Positions 29,894 through 39,717 of a DNA stretch of 64,000 bases are shown in pieces. Every line of letters begins with the position of its first letter. Position 1 is the stretch's first letter. The DNA comes from an uncultured bacterium. GTDB taxonomy: Bacteria; Desulfobacterota_D; UBA1144; Nemesobacterales; UBA2774. The notes under the pieces were generated by a model. That model did not search any database. It had not been told where the DNA came from and saw only the letters and a program-made list of their open reading frames with translations. The translations under genes and the position numbers were made by a program. The stretch lies in the NCBI GenBank assembly GCA_963825135.1, contig CAWGRW010000009.1, forward strand, positions 1,696,001-1,760,000, written 5' to 3'.

Positions 29894-30469
29894 ATGAGAA
29901 AACGGATTACATTGCTTTCAGTGCCTGTTCTGACACTGGCTATTTTTCTGGGTTTGTATTTTTTCGATAACGCTGAAAGCAGCAGCAGGGGGCCAGTTCA
30001 GCCGGTCAGGTTCAGCCACAAAATCCACGCCGGAAGCGAGAACGATAACATTCCCTGTCAGTACTGCCACAGCTTCGTGGACGTTTCACCTAACCCCGGG
30101 ATACCTTCGGTCAAAAAATGCATGGGGTGCCATACTCATATTGCGGGTCGCGACGTCGACTATGACTTCGACGGCACTACGATCAATCTCAAGAACGAAA
30201 TAGCTAAAGTCAGAGAGCATTGGGCGAAGAAAGAGCCTATACCATGGAACAAGGTCAACTCCATGCCCGGGTATGTCCACTTTAACCATAAGAGGCATAT
30301 CAAGCGCGGCTTTGAATGCGCGGCCTGCCATGGGGACATAGCGAACATGAACCAGGTGTATCAGGTAAACAGGCTCAACATGGGATTCTGTATTACCTGC
30401 CATGCCCAGAATGCAAAAGATCATGAGGAATTGACACACCTCAAAGACTGTCTTACGTGTCATTATTAA
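29894..30469 (+). CDS. actA: Alternative complex III pentaheme cytochrome c
   Basis: One N-terminal TM; five CxxCH (CQYCH, CMGCH, CAACH, CITCH, CLTCH); PVQPVRFSHKIHAG. Confidence 0.9.
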   Translation: MRKRITLLSVPVLTLAIFLGLYFFDNAESSSRGPVQPVRFSHKIHAGSENDNIPCQYCHSFVDVSPNPGIPSVKKCMGCHTHIAGRDVDYDFDGTTINLKNEIAKVREHWAKKEPIPWNKVNSMPGYVHFNHKRHIKRGFECAACHGDIANMNQVYQVNRLNMGFCITCHAQNAKDHEELTHLKDCLTCHY

Positions 30470-30481
30470 TTGGAGGAGGAA

Positions 30482-33418
30482 ATGTCTCAAGATAAAAAGG
30501 GCGGTATCAAGAGAAGGGATTTCCTAAAGATCATAGGAGTAGCCGGAGGCACGGCCGCTGTGGCCGGGGCCTGCTCCAATCCGGCCGAGCAGATAATCCC
30601 TTATGTGATCCCGCCTGAGGGAATTATTCCGGGGGTTCCTAATTGGTACGCCAGCACCTGCAGGGAATGTCCTGCGGGCTGCGGAATCCTCGTGAAGAAC
30701 CGCGAGGGGAGAGCGATTAAGATTGAGGGGAATCCCCTGAATCCGATTAACAAGGGGGGGAGCTGCGCGCAGGGTCAGGCTATGCTCCAGGGTCTATATA
30801 ACCCGGACCGCATACGTTCCCCGCTCGTCAGAAACGACCTCGGAAGGCTCGAGCCGCAGGGCTGGGACAACGCCCAGAAGATGCTGGCGGAAAAGATCGA
30901 AGAGGTCAGAAAAAAGGGCGGCAGCGGGAATATAGTTTTCCTGTCCGACCACAATGAAGGGACTCTCGGGAATCTCATAGGCGACTGGATGGCCGCGCTA
31001 GGCGGAAAACACATCACTTACGAGGCTTTCTCGTACGAGCCCCTGAAAGAAGCAAACCGTATCGTATTCGGAATAGATAAAATACCTACATACAACATCG
31101 ATAAGTCGAAGTACCTGCTGTCGTTCGGCGCCGATTTCCTGGAAACATGGCTGTCGCCGACGTTATATACGACACAGTTCAGCGAGATGCACGGCATTAA
31201 GGACAAATCCATGGGGAAATTCGTGTACGTGGATCCGAGGGCGGGGCTTACGGGCGTAAACGCGGACGAATGGATTTCCATAAAGCCCGGGACAGAAGCA
31301 GTCCTCGCGCTTGGGATAGCGAACGTAATCGTCAGCGAGGGCATGTCCGCAAACGGCGGCGGCGGTTTCGCTGGGCTCCTCAGCGGTTATACCGTCGATC
31401 AGGTTTCTGCGGTGACCGATGTGCCGGCGGATACGATTAAAGAGATAGCGAAGGAATTCTCGGCCATGCAGCCGAGTCTTGCTATCGGCGGCGGCATCGC
31501 CAACACGTCGACGAATGCCACGGAAACACTCGTAGCGATAAATATCCTCAATTATGTGGCCGGGAACGTAGGACAGACAATCGATTTCGGAAATACCCTT
31601 ACACTATCAAATGTAAGCTCCTTCAAGGAGATATCATCGCTTGTGGACTCGATGTCCAAAGGGCAGGTCGACCTCTTATTCATATACAATGTGAATCCTG
31701 TATTCACACTTCCGAAAACGCTCGGATTTGAAGATGCCCTCGGCAAGGTCCCATATGTCGTGAGCTTTTCGAGCTTCACGGACGAGACGACCGATAAGGC
31801 CAATATGGTGCTCCCCGACAACACTCCTCTCGAATCCTGGGGGGACTTCATACCGGATGAAAGGGTTCACGGTCTGGTACAGCCCGTGATGACGCCCGTT
31901 TTCAATACAAAGGGCACGGGGGACGTAATTCTAGCCGTAACCGCGCAGTTGGAAGGCCTGAAAGGCAGATATACGCAGGTCTCGTATTACGATTACCTGA
32001 GGGATTCATGGAAGAAGGTCTGGACCGGCGTCTCGGGAGGCGGAGATTTTGAAACCTTCTGGAGCGGCGCGCTCGAAAAAGGCGGGATATACAGGGATAC
32101 GACTCCCGTTCAGGTATCCGCGTCCGGAAATATTGCCGGAATGAGTTTTTCGGAGCCCGAATTTAAAGGGGACGGCGAATTTTATTTTATGGCCTACCCG
32201 TCCTACAAATACTACGACGGCAGGGGGGCGAACAAGCCCTGGCTCCAGGAGCTGCCCGACGCCATCACTACGGGGGTCTGGGACTCATGGGTCGAGATAA
32301 ACCCTGATACGGCCAAAAAGCTCGGAGTTAAACTCGGGGATTTCGTCAAGATAGATTCGCCTTACGGGACAATAGAGACGCAGGCTTATGTCTATCAGGG
32401 AATAAGGCCGGATACGATCGCCGTGATGATCGGACAGGGCCATACGAGCTACGGCAGGTACGCGAAAGACAGGGGAGTAAACCCACTGTCGATTCTTCCC
32501 GTTTCTACCGACAAGCTCACCGGCAGCCTTGCGTGGCTCACCACGAAAGTAAAGGCCTCAGGCACCGGAAGGAACGCGCAGTTCGTTCAGACGCAATACA
32601 CGACGGATCAGCACGATAGGGAAGTGGCTCAGCTGGTAACGCTCACGCAGCTCGAGCAAGGCCTGCATAAAGAGGAAAACGAGGAGCCCGATTTTTACCC
32701 GCCCGTGGAGTACGCCCGGTACCAGTGGGGCATGTCCATCGACCTCCAGAAATGCACCGGATGCGGCGCATGTATCACAGCCTGTTACGCGGAGAACAAT
32801 ATCCCGTTTGTCGGCAAGGAGCTCGTGGCGAAAAGACGCGACATGGCCTGGCTCAGAATCGACAGGTTCTTCGAGAAATCGGACAACAAGGCCGGGTTCG
32901 AGACTAGGTTCCTCCCGATGCTCTGCCAGCAGTGCAACAACGCTCCCTGCGAGCCCGTGTGCCCGGTATTTGCGACCTACCACAACCCGGAAGGGCTGAA
33001 CGGAATGGTTTATAACAGGTGCGTCGGGACCAGGTACTGTTCGAACAACTGCACATATAGCGTAAGGAAATTCAACTGGTTCTCGTACAAGCTTCCCGAA
33101 CCCCTCAACTGGCAGCTTAACCCCGACGTCACTGTCAGGGACAAGGGCGTCATGGAGAAATGTACATTCTGCATACAGAGGATTAATTTCGCCAAGGACC
33201 AGGCTAAGGACAAGGGCAGGGACGTGCAGGACGGAGAGTTCCAGGTCGCGTGCCAGCAGTCGTGTGCCTCGGGCGCGATCGTCTTTGGGAATTTAAAGGA
33301 TACGAACTCCGTAGTGTCAAAACTTTCCGGCGACGAAAGAGGTTATAAAGTGCTAAATCAGCTTAATACGAAGCCTAACATTACGTATCTAAAAAAAGTC
33401 AAATGGGATAAAGCATAA
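30482..33418 (+). CDS. actB: Alternative complex III ActB (molybdopterin-oxidoreductase-like domain + Fe-S domain)
   Basis: Tat signal KRRDFLK with lipobox-like AGAC; C-terminal CTGCGACITAC, CQQCNNAPCEPVCP, CVGTRYCSNNC, KCTFC; ATG 30482 after GGAGGAGG. Confidence 0.93.
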   Translation: MSQDKKGGIKRRDFLKIIGVAGGTAAVAGACSNPAEQIIPYVIPPEGIIPGVPNWYASTCRECPAGCGILVKNREGRAIKIEGNPLNPINKGGSCAQGQAMLQGLYNPDRIRSPLVRNDLGRLEPQGWDNAQKMLAEKIEEVRKKGGSGNIVFLSDHNEGTLGNLIGDWMAALGGKHITYEAFSYEPLKEANRIVFGIDKIPTYNIDKSKYLLSFGADFLETWLSPTLYTTQFSEMHGIKDKSMGKFVYVDPRAGLTGVNADEWISIKPGTEAVLALGIANVIVSEGMSANGGGGFAGLLSGYTVDQVSAVTDVPADTIKEIAKEFSAMQPSLAIGGGIANTSTNATETLVAINILNYVAGNVGQTIDFGNTLTLSNVSSFKEISSLVDSMSKGQVDLLFIYNVNPVFTLPKTLGFEDALGKVPYVVSFSSFTDETTDKANMVLPDNTPLESWGDFIPDERVHGLVQPVMTPVFNTKGTGDVILAVTAQLEGLKGRYTQVSYYDYLRDSWKKVWTGVSGGGDFETFWSGALEKGGIYRDTTPVQVSASGNIAGMSFSEPEFKGDGEFYFMAYPSYKYYDGRGANKPWLQELPDAITTGVWDSWVEINPDTAKKLGVKLGDFVKIDSPYGTIETQAYVYQGIRPDTIAVMIGQGHTSYGRYAKDRGVNPLSILPVSTDKLTGSLAWLTTKVKASGTGRNAQFVQTQYTTDQHDREVAQLVTLTQLEQGLHKEENEEPDFYPPVEYARYQWGMSIDLQKCTGCGACITACYAENNIPFVGKELVAKRRDMAWLRIDRFFEKSDNKAGFETRFLPMLCQQCNNAPCEPVCPVFATYHNPEGLNGMVYNRCVGTRYCSNNCTYSVRKFNWFSYKLPEPLNWQLNPDVTVRDKGVMEKCTFCIQRINFAKDQAKDKGRDVQDGEFQVACQQSCASGAIVFGNLKDTNSVVSKLSGDERGYKVLNQLNTKPNITYLKKVKWDKA

Positions 33419-34755
33419 TGAGTGAACAGAATTCATTGACTTATGCGAAAGTAAACGAAGATGTAATGCGGATGCTCGAAAAGCCGACCATAAAATGGCT
33501 CGCGCTTTTCCTGCCTGTCCTCGGTTTTGTGGGCTTCGGTATGTTTTGCTTCCTGTATCAGGTATATACCGGACTCGGTGTCGCGGGATACAGACACCCC
33601 GTTTTCTGGGGCGTTTACATTACGGACTTCGTTTTCTGGGTCGGTATCGCCCACTCGGGAACGCTCATATCGGCGATACTTTACCTTTTCAGGGCTAATT
33701 TCAGGGTTTCGATTTACAGGATTGCGGAGGCTATGACGGTTTTCGCAGTTTTGACTGCGGGGCTTTTCCCTATCATACACCTTGGGCGGCCCTGGTTTTT
33801 CTACTGGCTCTTCCCTTATCCGAACCAGCGGGAACTATGGGTGAATTTTAAATCCCCGCTCCTCTGGGACGTGTTCGCCGTCAGCACTTATCTTACCGTA
33901 AGCTCCGTGTTCTTTTTCGTCGGAATGATTCCCGACATAGCCGCGATCAGGGACAAGGTAAAAGAAGTACCCCGCAAGATCGCATACACGATACTATCGC
34001 TCGGATGGAAGGGGTCGAACTGGGAATGGCTCCACTATTCGAGGGCATATCTCTATTTCGCCGCGTTCGCGACACCGCTGGTTTTGTCGGTGCACAGCGT
34101 CGTATCATGGGACTTCGCGATGGCCGACCTGCCCGGGTGGCACACAACGATTTTCGCCCCCTATTTCGTAGCGGGGGCCATATTCTCGGGGCTCGGCATG
34201 GTTATAACGCTCACAATTCCGATAAGAAAAATCTTCGCGCTCGAGGATTACATAACGCTCGACAATTACGACGGCATGGCGAAGATGATAATTCTCACTT
34301 CGCTGATAGTCGGGTACGCGTACGGATGCGAGTTCTTCATGGCCTGGTACAGCGGAAACCCCTCGGAATGGGGCCAGTTTTATTACAGGGCGACCGGGCA
34401 GTACGCGCCCTTTTACTGGATAATGGTTGTCTGCAACGTGCTGATACCTATCCCGCTCTGGTTCAAGAGCGTGAGAAGGAATATCAAGGCATTATTCATC
34501 ATATCGATCTTCATCAACATCGGCATGTGGTTTGAAAGGTTTAATATCATCGTGATTTCGCTGTCCCGGGGCTTCGAGCCGGGGGCCTGGGGAATCTATA
34601 AAGTGTCCTGGGTCGAAATGGGTATTACAGTAGGCAGCTTCGCCTGGTTCTTCATGTTCTTTCTCCTTTTTATCAAGACACTGCCTGCTATATCTATTTC
34701 CGAGATAAAGGAAATTTTGCCTGTACCGAAAAAGGAGGCAAAACACCATGGATAA
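33418..34755 (+). CDS. actC: Alternative complex III ActC (NrfD/PsrC family)
   Basis: FVFWVGIAHSGTLISAIL, HLGRPW, NFKSPLLWD, SVHSVVSWDFA, WHTTIFAPYFVAGAIFSG. Confidence 0.95.
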   Translation: MSEQNSLTYAKVNEDVMRMLEKPTIKWLALFLPVLGFVGFGMFCFLYQVYTGLGVAGYRHPVFWGVYITDFVFWVGIAHSGTLISAILYLFRANFRVSIYRIAEAMTVFAVLTAGLFPIIHLGRPWFFYWLFPYPNQRELWVNFKSPLLWDVFAVSTYLTVSSVFFFVGMIPDIAAIRDKVKEVPRKIAYTILSLGWKGSNWEWLHYSRAYLYFAAFATPLVLSVHSVVSWDFAMADLPGWHTTIFAPYFVAGAIFSGLGMVITLTIPIRKIFALEDYITLDNYDGMAKMIILTSLIVGYAYGCEFFMAWYSGNPSEWGQFYYRATGQYAPFYWIMVVCNVLIPIPLWFKSVRRNIKALFIISIFINIGMWFERFNIIVISLSRGFEPGAWGIYKVSWVEMGITVGSFAWFFMFFLLFIKTLPAISISEIKEILPVPKKEAKHHG

Positions 34756-35257
34756 TCAGGGAGTCCTGGGGATATTCTCTTACGTCGATCTAACCGTTAA
34801 AGCCGTCAAGAAGCTTAAGGACGAGGGGTACAAGAACCTTCGTGTTTTTTCCCCCGTGCCTAACCACGAGATAGAAGACGCGATCGGAGAACCCGAGAGC
34901 ATCGTACGTTTCTTCACCCTGTTCGGCGCCATGCTGGGCGCGGCGTGCGGTGTCGGTTTTACGGTCCTTACGGCCTCGGATTGGCCTATTCCGGTGAGCG
35001 CGAAGCCGGTCGTATCGATACCCCCTTTCATCGTAATCATGTTCGAGCTCACTATTCTTATTGGTGCGCTTTCGACACTGCTGGGGTTGCTCATAAATTC
35101 ACGCCTCAGGCGGAACGCCCCTAGGAGCATGTATGATCCGAGGTTTACGTCGGACAAATTCGGCGTGATGGTTACCTGCGGTAAGGATAACGTGAAGAAG
35201 GTAGAAGAGATTCTAAATTCCCAGGGGGCTGAAGAAATAAAATTCGACGGTATCTAG
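34748..35257 (+). CDS. actD: Alternative complex III ActD (DUF3341)
   Basis: FSPVP, DWPIPVSAKP, FELTIL, YDPRFTSDKF; position in the operon. Confidence 0.9.
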   Translation: MDNQGVLGIFSYVDLTVKAVKKLKDEGYKNLRVFSPVPNHEIEDAIGEPESIVRFFTLFGAMLGAACGVGFTVLTASDWPIPVSAKPVVSIPPFIVIMFELTILIGALSTLLGLLINSRLRRNAPRSMYDPRFTSDKFGVMVTCGKDNVKKVEEILNSQGAEEIKFDGI

Positions 35258-35288
35258 CCGTCGCGGCCTCTCAGGAGGAAATGCGGGA

Positions 35289-35852
35289 ATGTCAGTGAAG
35301 AATATGAAATATTATACGATATTAATTGTGTTGTTGAGTCTGATGGGGACTTCGAAGGCGGGCGCATTCCCATGGAACTTCGATATGTACATTCAGCCGT
35401 CGATACTCCCCTATGAAGAGCCGATCCCGTATCCGCTGCTTTCGGTTACGACGACGGGTCTCAGGATCGAGCCTATGCCGAGGGCGGACTACGAGAGTCT
35501 CACGGTAAACCCCGTGCCCGCTTCGGAGCAGTCTCTCAAAAACGGGGAGAAGCTGTTCAATACGTACTGCATCGTCTGTCACGGGAAAGAGGCTAAGGGG
35601 GACGGACCCGTAATCAAGCGGGGTTTCTATCCGATGAACCTTACGACCCCGGCAGTTATAGCGAGGACCAACGGCTATATATACGCCTACATCAGATACG
35701 GCGGAAAGGTAATGATGCCGAGCTATAGAGAAAGCATCAGTTCGGACAGCGCATGGGACGTGGTCAATTACGTAAGGAAACTGCAGGGAAATCCGAACAC
35801 AGCGCCGGCTAAACCCCAGAACGGGAATACAGCAGAGGAGAAAGCCCAGTAA
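35289..35852 (+). CDS. actE: Alternative complex III monoheme cytochrome c
   Basis: DMYIQP, CIVCHG, MMPSY, WDVVNYVRKLQ. Confidence 0.88.
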   Translation: MSVKNMKYYTILIVLLSLMGTSKAGAFPWNFDMYIQPSILPYEEPIPYPLLSVTTTGLRIEPMPRADYESLTVNPVPASEQSLKNGEKLFNTYCIVCHGKEAKGDGPVIKRGFYPMNLTTPAVIARTNGYIYAYIRYGGKVMMPSYRESISSDSAWDVVNYVRKLQGNPNTAPAKPQNGNTAEEKAQ

Positions 35853-35853
35853 T

Positions 35854-37098
35854 ATGGATCAGCATATAAGAGATGAAATACTTGCTAAAAGGTCGGGCAT
35901 ACCGACTTTAGGCATATACATATTTCTAATCATCGCCGTAATCGGTTTCGGCACGTTCATATCTCAGATTTTAGGGTCTGATCCGAAGAGCGCCTGGGAG
36001 ATATTTTTAATCAATTTCCTATTCTGGACCGGCATAGCGCAGGCGGGTGTGGTTTTTTCTTGCATACTCCGTATCACAAACGCCAGGTGGGCGAGACCGC
36101 TGCTCCGCGTGAGCGAGGGCCTTGGCTCGTTTCTGCCTATATCCCTGATTCTTCTCCTCGTGGTCTTCGCCGGGAGGGATTACATACTCCCTTATGCTAC
36201 GGAGCACTATCACCATCCGAAGGACGTATGGCTCAACATGAAGTTCGTATTCGGCCGTGACGTTATCGGATTCGTAGTCCTGCTTATCGTGAGCTCGTGC
36301 TACCTCTACTATTCCCTTAGACAGGACCTGGGAGGTGTGAGCCAGAAACTGAGCGGCCTCGCGGGATGGGTTTCCTCCGGATGGACCGGAGAGGAAGAGC
36401 GTAAGCGGATCTGGGTTAAGATAGGCAAATTCGCCCCGGCCGTGATTATATTATACGCCGTCGTCTTTAGCTGCTTTGCCTGGGATTTTATGATGTCGCT
36501 CGACCCGAACTGGTTCAGCACTCTATTCGGCCCGTTCTACTTCATGGGGAGCTTTGTCTCCGCGATCGGTACGACTATAATATTTTCGATACTCGTGAGG
36601 AGAAGGCTCGGCTTAGAGGATTATCTTAACGACAATCAGTATCACGACATAGGCAAGCTCCTTCAGGGCTTTTCGCTCTTCTGGGTTTACCTCTTTTTCT
36701 CGCAGTTCCTTCCGATATGGTACGCGAACATGCCCGAGGAGACGTCATTCGTAATCAAGAGGGTGCAGGAAGAGCCTTTCAGGTCGCTCGCATGGGCGGT
36801 GCTGACGTGCTGCTTCATTTTCCCTTTTATTTCCCTCCTTCCCAGGACGAACAAGGTGGTGAAGCCCATAGTCGTATTCATAGCTTCCGTATCCCTGACC
36901 GGGTTCTGGCTGGAAAAGTATGTGCTGATAATACCTTCACTATCGAATACCGTGGGAATAAGCTTAATGCAGATACTCATAACACTGGGTTTCCTGGGCG
37001 CATTCGTTATGACTTTCCTTATCTTCATGAGGACGTTTCCGTCAATACCTGTAGGTGACCCGTTCTTCGGCGGGAAATCCGGTTCTGGAGGACACTAA
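35854..37098 (+). CDS. actF: Alternative complex III ActF
   Basis: Polytopic membrane protein; WDFMMSLDPNWFSTLFG, HDIGKLL, SQFLPIWYANMPEET. Confidence 0.9.
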   Translation: MDQHIRDEILAKRSGIPTLGIYIFLIIAVIGFGTFISQILGSDPKSAWEIFLINFLFWTGIAQAGVVFSCILRITNARWARPLLRVSEGLGSFLPISLILLLVVFAGRDYILPYATEHYHHPKDVWLNMKFVFGRDVIGFVVLLIVSSCYLYYSLRQDLGGVSQKLSGLAGWVSSGWTGEEERKRIWVKIGKFAPAVIILYAVVFSCFAWDFMMSLDPNWFSTLFGPFYFMGSFVSAIGTTIIFSILVRRRLGLEDYLNDNQYHDIGKLLQGFSLFWVYLFFSQFLPIWYANMPEETSFVIKRVQEEPFRSLAWAVLTCCFIFPFISLLPRTNKVVKPIVVFIASVSLTGFWLEKYVLIIPSLSNTVGISLMQILITLGFLGAFVMTFLIFMRTFPSIPVGDPFFGGKSGSGGH

Positions 37099-37241
37099 TG
37101 GACGAAAGACATTTGGATATGATATGTCAGGTGGCCGTCGCCGCTCTGTGTCTCGGCGTTGCGGGATTTATATCGCTTATCGCGAGCGTGGCCCTTTTCG
37201 GACCGCATATCGCGCCTCTTATGAATAAGCTCCCCTGGTAG
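37098..37241 (+). CDS. 47-aa single-TM protein translationally coupled to actF
   Basis: TAATG stop/start overlap with GGAGGA upstream; MDERHLDMICQVAVAALCLGVAGFISLIASVALFGPHIAPLMNKLPW. Confidence 0.65.
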   Translation: MDERHLDMICQVAVAALCLGVAGFISLIASVALFGPHIAPLMNKLPW

Positions 37242-37401
37242 CCGGGATCAGGCACGGACTCTCCCGTGCGCGCGGGACTTTCAAATACCGTCGCGCGTAA
37301 TCCGATTTTTCCATAGCCCCGGGAAATAATCCATTTGACATACCGCGTCATCCGGTGCAAAAATCATAAAGAACGCATTCTAATAACGTCAGGAGGTCAT
37401 C

Positions 37402-38250
37402 ATGGCTAAAAAACCGTCGGCTTCGGCAAAAGAAAACGGGACTAAACCCGCGAAAAAGAAAACCGGGCTAAAACTCACGTACATTCTCTATGAAAAGAAG
37501 GACAGGGTTGCGCGGGTGACGATTAACCGTCCGGAGGTGCGTAACGCCCTTAATTCGGAGGTCAGGGAGGAGCTTGCAATGGCCATTGAGGACGCGTGGC
37601 TCGACGATGAAATAGGGGTTATCGTCCTTACGGGCGCGGGCGGCAAGGCGTTTTCAGCCGGAGGGGACCTGTCCTGGATTGTCGATCCCAAGAAAAAGGT
37701 CGACGCAAAGTACATGCTAGTTCATTACAGGCTCGCGACGGCGATGAGGTGCTGCGGAAAACCGATTATCGCGCGGGTAGACGGTTATTGCGTCGGGGGT
37801 GGGAACGAGCTCAACATGCTCTGCGACCTTACGGTAGCTTCCGATACGTCGGTATTCGCGCAGGCGGGCCCGCTCGTGGGGAGTGCGCCCATATGGTACG
37901 GGCTCCAGCAGCTCCAGCATTCGGTCGGGGACAAGAAGGCGAGGGAGATCGTATACCTTTGCAACAGATACACGGCGCAGGAAGCCATGAACATGGGCTG
38001 GGTCAATAAGGTGGTGCCCCAGGATAAGCTAGACGAGGAAGTGGACGCATGGTGCCGGAGTCTTCTGGAGAAGAGCAGGCAGTCGCTCAGGATCGCGAAG
38101 CTGCAGATAAATTTCATATCCGATATGGCTTATCCTCAGATAACGCACGGGCTCGAGCTCGCGCGGTTCTTCATGAAGGCGCCCGAGATGGTAGAAGGCG
38201 CTACGGCGTTCCTCGAAAAGAGGAAGCCCGATTTCTGGGGCGTGGAATAA
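37402..38250 (+). CDS. Crotonase-superfamily enzyme, MenB/BadI/Oah-like
   Basis: INRPEVRNAL, AFSAGGDL, VGGGNEL, QAGPLVGS, AFLEKRKPDF. Confidence 0.85.
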   Translation: MAKKPSASAKENGTKPAKKKTGLKLTYILYEKKDRVARVTINRPEVRNALNSEVREELAMAIEDAWLDDEIGVIVLTGAGGKAFSAGGDLSWIVDPKKKVDAKYMLVHYRLATAMRCCGKPIIARVDGYCVGGGNELNMLCDLTVASDTSVFAQAGPLVGSAPIWYGLQQLQHSVGDKKAREIVYLCNRYTAQEAMNMGWVNKVVPQDKLDEEVDAWCRSLLEKSRQSLRIAKLQINFISDMAYPQITHGLELARFFMKAPEMVEGATAFLEKRKPDFWGVE

Positions 38251-38273
38251 TTATTCGTATTAAGGGGTGATCG

Positions 38274-38618
38274 ATGTCGAAAGAGGCGGAAATAAAGTTT
38301 CTGATAAAGCTCGACGATAATGGCGCGCCAGATGAGATATTCTGGAGCGCGAGCGATTCCGATCTCGAAGGCTTCGTGCCCTGCGATTCTCTCCTGATAT
38401 CGGTGTGGGACCGCTCGGAGAAGAATACGATGAGCGTCGATCTCTGGACTGACGACATGCAGGTGGGAGAGATGAACGCGCATTTCTATTTCACGCTGAT
38501 GAAGATGGCGGATACGTACGATAGAGCGACCAGCAACCGGGAGCTCTCGGACATGATAAGAAATTTCGCGGGCGAGTTCGCAAAGAGGGTTGAGGACTTC
38601 GCCGTGAAGCCCGGCTGA
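38274..38618 (+). CDS. gldC: GldC-family protein
   Basis: EIKF..KLDDN..PDEIFWSASD, LLISVWD, DLWTDDM, MADTYDRAT match the GldC pattern as I recall it from Bacteroidota. Confidence 0.75.
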   Translation: MSKEAEIKFLIKLDDNGAPDEIFWSASDSDLEGFVPCDSLLISVWDRSEKNTMSVDLWTDDMQVGEMNAHFYFTLMKMADTYDRATSNRELSDMIRNFAGEFAKRVEDFAVKPG

Positions 38619-38634
38619 TATCCGGCCTCAATTT

Positions 38635-39564
38635 TCAGAAGGCCGATAACACCTCTCGCGCAAAGAATTTGAGCGTAGCGTGGTTCATGATATCAGAGAA
38701 GAATATCGTATACTTCGTTATCCCTTTCTCCTCGTTCTCTTCGATCTTCCTTATGCACTGGTCGGGTGTTCCGACTATGCCCAGTTTCTCCACGTCCCCG
38801 AAAAATCCGTACCTCATCTGAGCCTTGGGCAGCTTTTCGGCGAGCTCAGCTTTGTCTTTTGCGAGGACGCAAACCGTCTGCTGGGATATCTTGATATCGT
38901 CCGGGCTTCTGCCGACCGCACTGCAGTGTTTTTTTAGCACTTGGAGCTTTCTATCTATAGAGAGGGAGTGGTTCGCCGGGCAGTTCCACTCGTCAGCGTG
39001 CTCCGCTACGACCCTCAGGAGATGTTTTTCGCCGGCCCCTCCGATGATGACCGGGGGGTGGGGTTTCTGTACGGGCTTCGGGTTGCAGTAGGCGTCTTTG
39101 ATACGGTAATACCTTCCGTCGACGCCCGGCTTCTCTTCGGTCCAGAGAGCTTTTATGATTTTGACGGATTCGGCGAGCTGTTTTATTCTGGTCGCATGGT
39201 CCGGGAAATCATATCCGTATGCCCTGTATTCGGGCTCGAACCATCCGGCGCCTATCGCGAATTCGAGCCTGCCCATGCTTATAACGTCGAGGGTGGATGC
39301 CATTTTAGCGAGCAGGGCCGGGGGCCTGAACGAATTGCAGAGCACCATGGTGCCGAGCCTCACGTTCGATGTGACTGTGGAGAGGGCGGACATGAGAGTC
39401 CACGATTCGAATATATCCAGGTCGAGTTCCCCCATGCCTAGTATGTGGTCGTAGAACCAAACAGAGTGGTAGCCGAGCTCGTCGCAGAGCTCCGCCGTTT
39501 TTCTTATCTCCCCGAATTCAATCTTCTGCTGGCGCAGCATTACGCCGAAATCTATTCTGGGCAT
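38635..39564 (-). CDS. LLM-class (luciferase-like) flavin- or F420-dependent oxidoreductase
   Basis: SVWFYDH, RLGTMVLCNSFRPPALLAKMASTLD, GAGWFEPEY, PKPVQKPHPPVIIGG. Confidence 0.9.
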   Translation of the reverse strand: MPRIDFGVMLRQQKIEFGEIRKTAELCDELGYHSVWFYDHILGMGELDLDIFESWTLMSALSTVTSNVRLGTMVLCNSFRPPALLAKMASTLDVISMGRLEFAIGAGWFEPEYRAYGYDFPDHATRIKQLAESVKIIKALWTEEKPGVDGRYYRIKDAYCNPKPVQKPHPPVIIGGAGEKHLLRVVAEHADEWNCPANHSLSIDRKLQVLKKHCSAVGRSPDDIKISQQTVCVLAKDKAELAEKLPKAQMRYGFFGDVEKLGIVGTPDQCIRKIEENEEKGITKYTIFFSDIMNHATLKFFAREVLSAF

Positions 39565-39717
39565 GTTTATTACCTCTCTCGCATTCGGGTTCCGGAAGAA
39601 TCACTTTAACAGAGTGCCGTCTGGGATTCAAATACGCCTCTCCGTTTCGCTCCCGTTTGACACCGGGTCTGAAATGCTATAATTTTAGTGCCCGATAAAG
39701 CAGGAGGAAGAAGGCAT

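Noticed and set aside
30482..33418. Calling ActB a catalytic molybdoenzyme (formate dehydrogenase or nitrate reductase)
   Set aside because: The actA-F context and fused Fe-S domain identify ACIII, whose ActB is established to lack a Mo cofactor.
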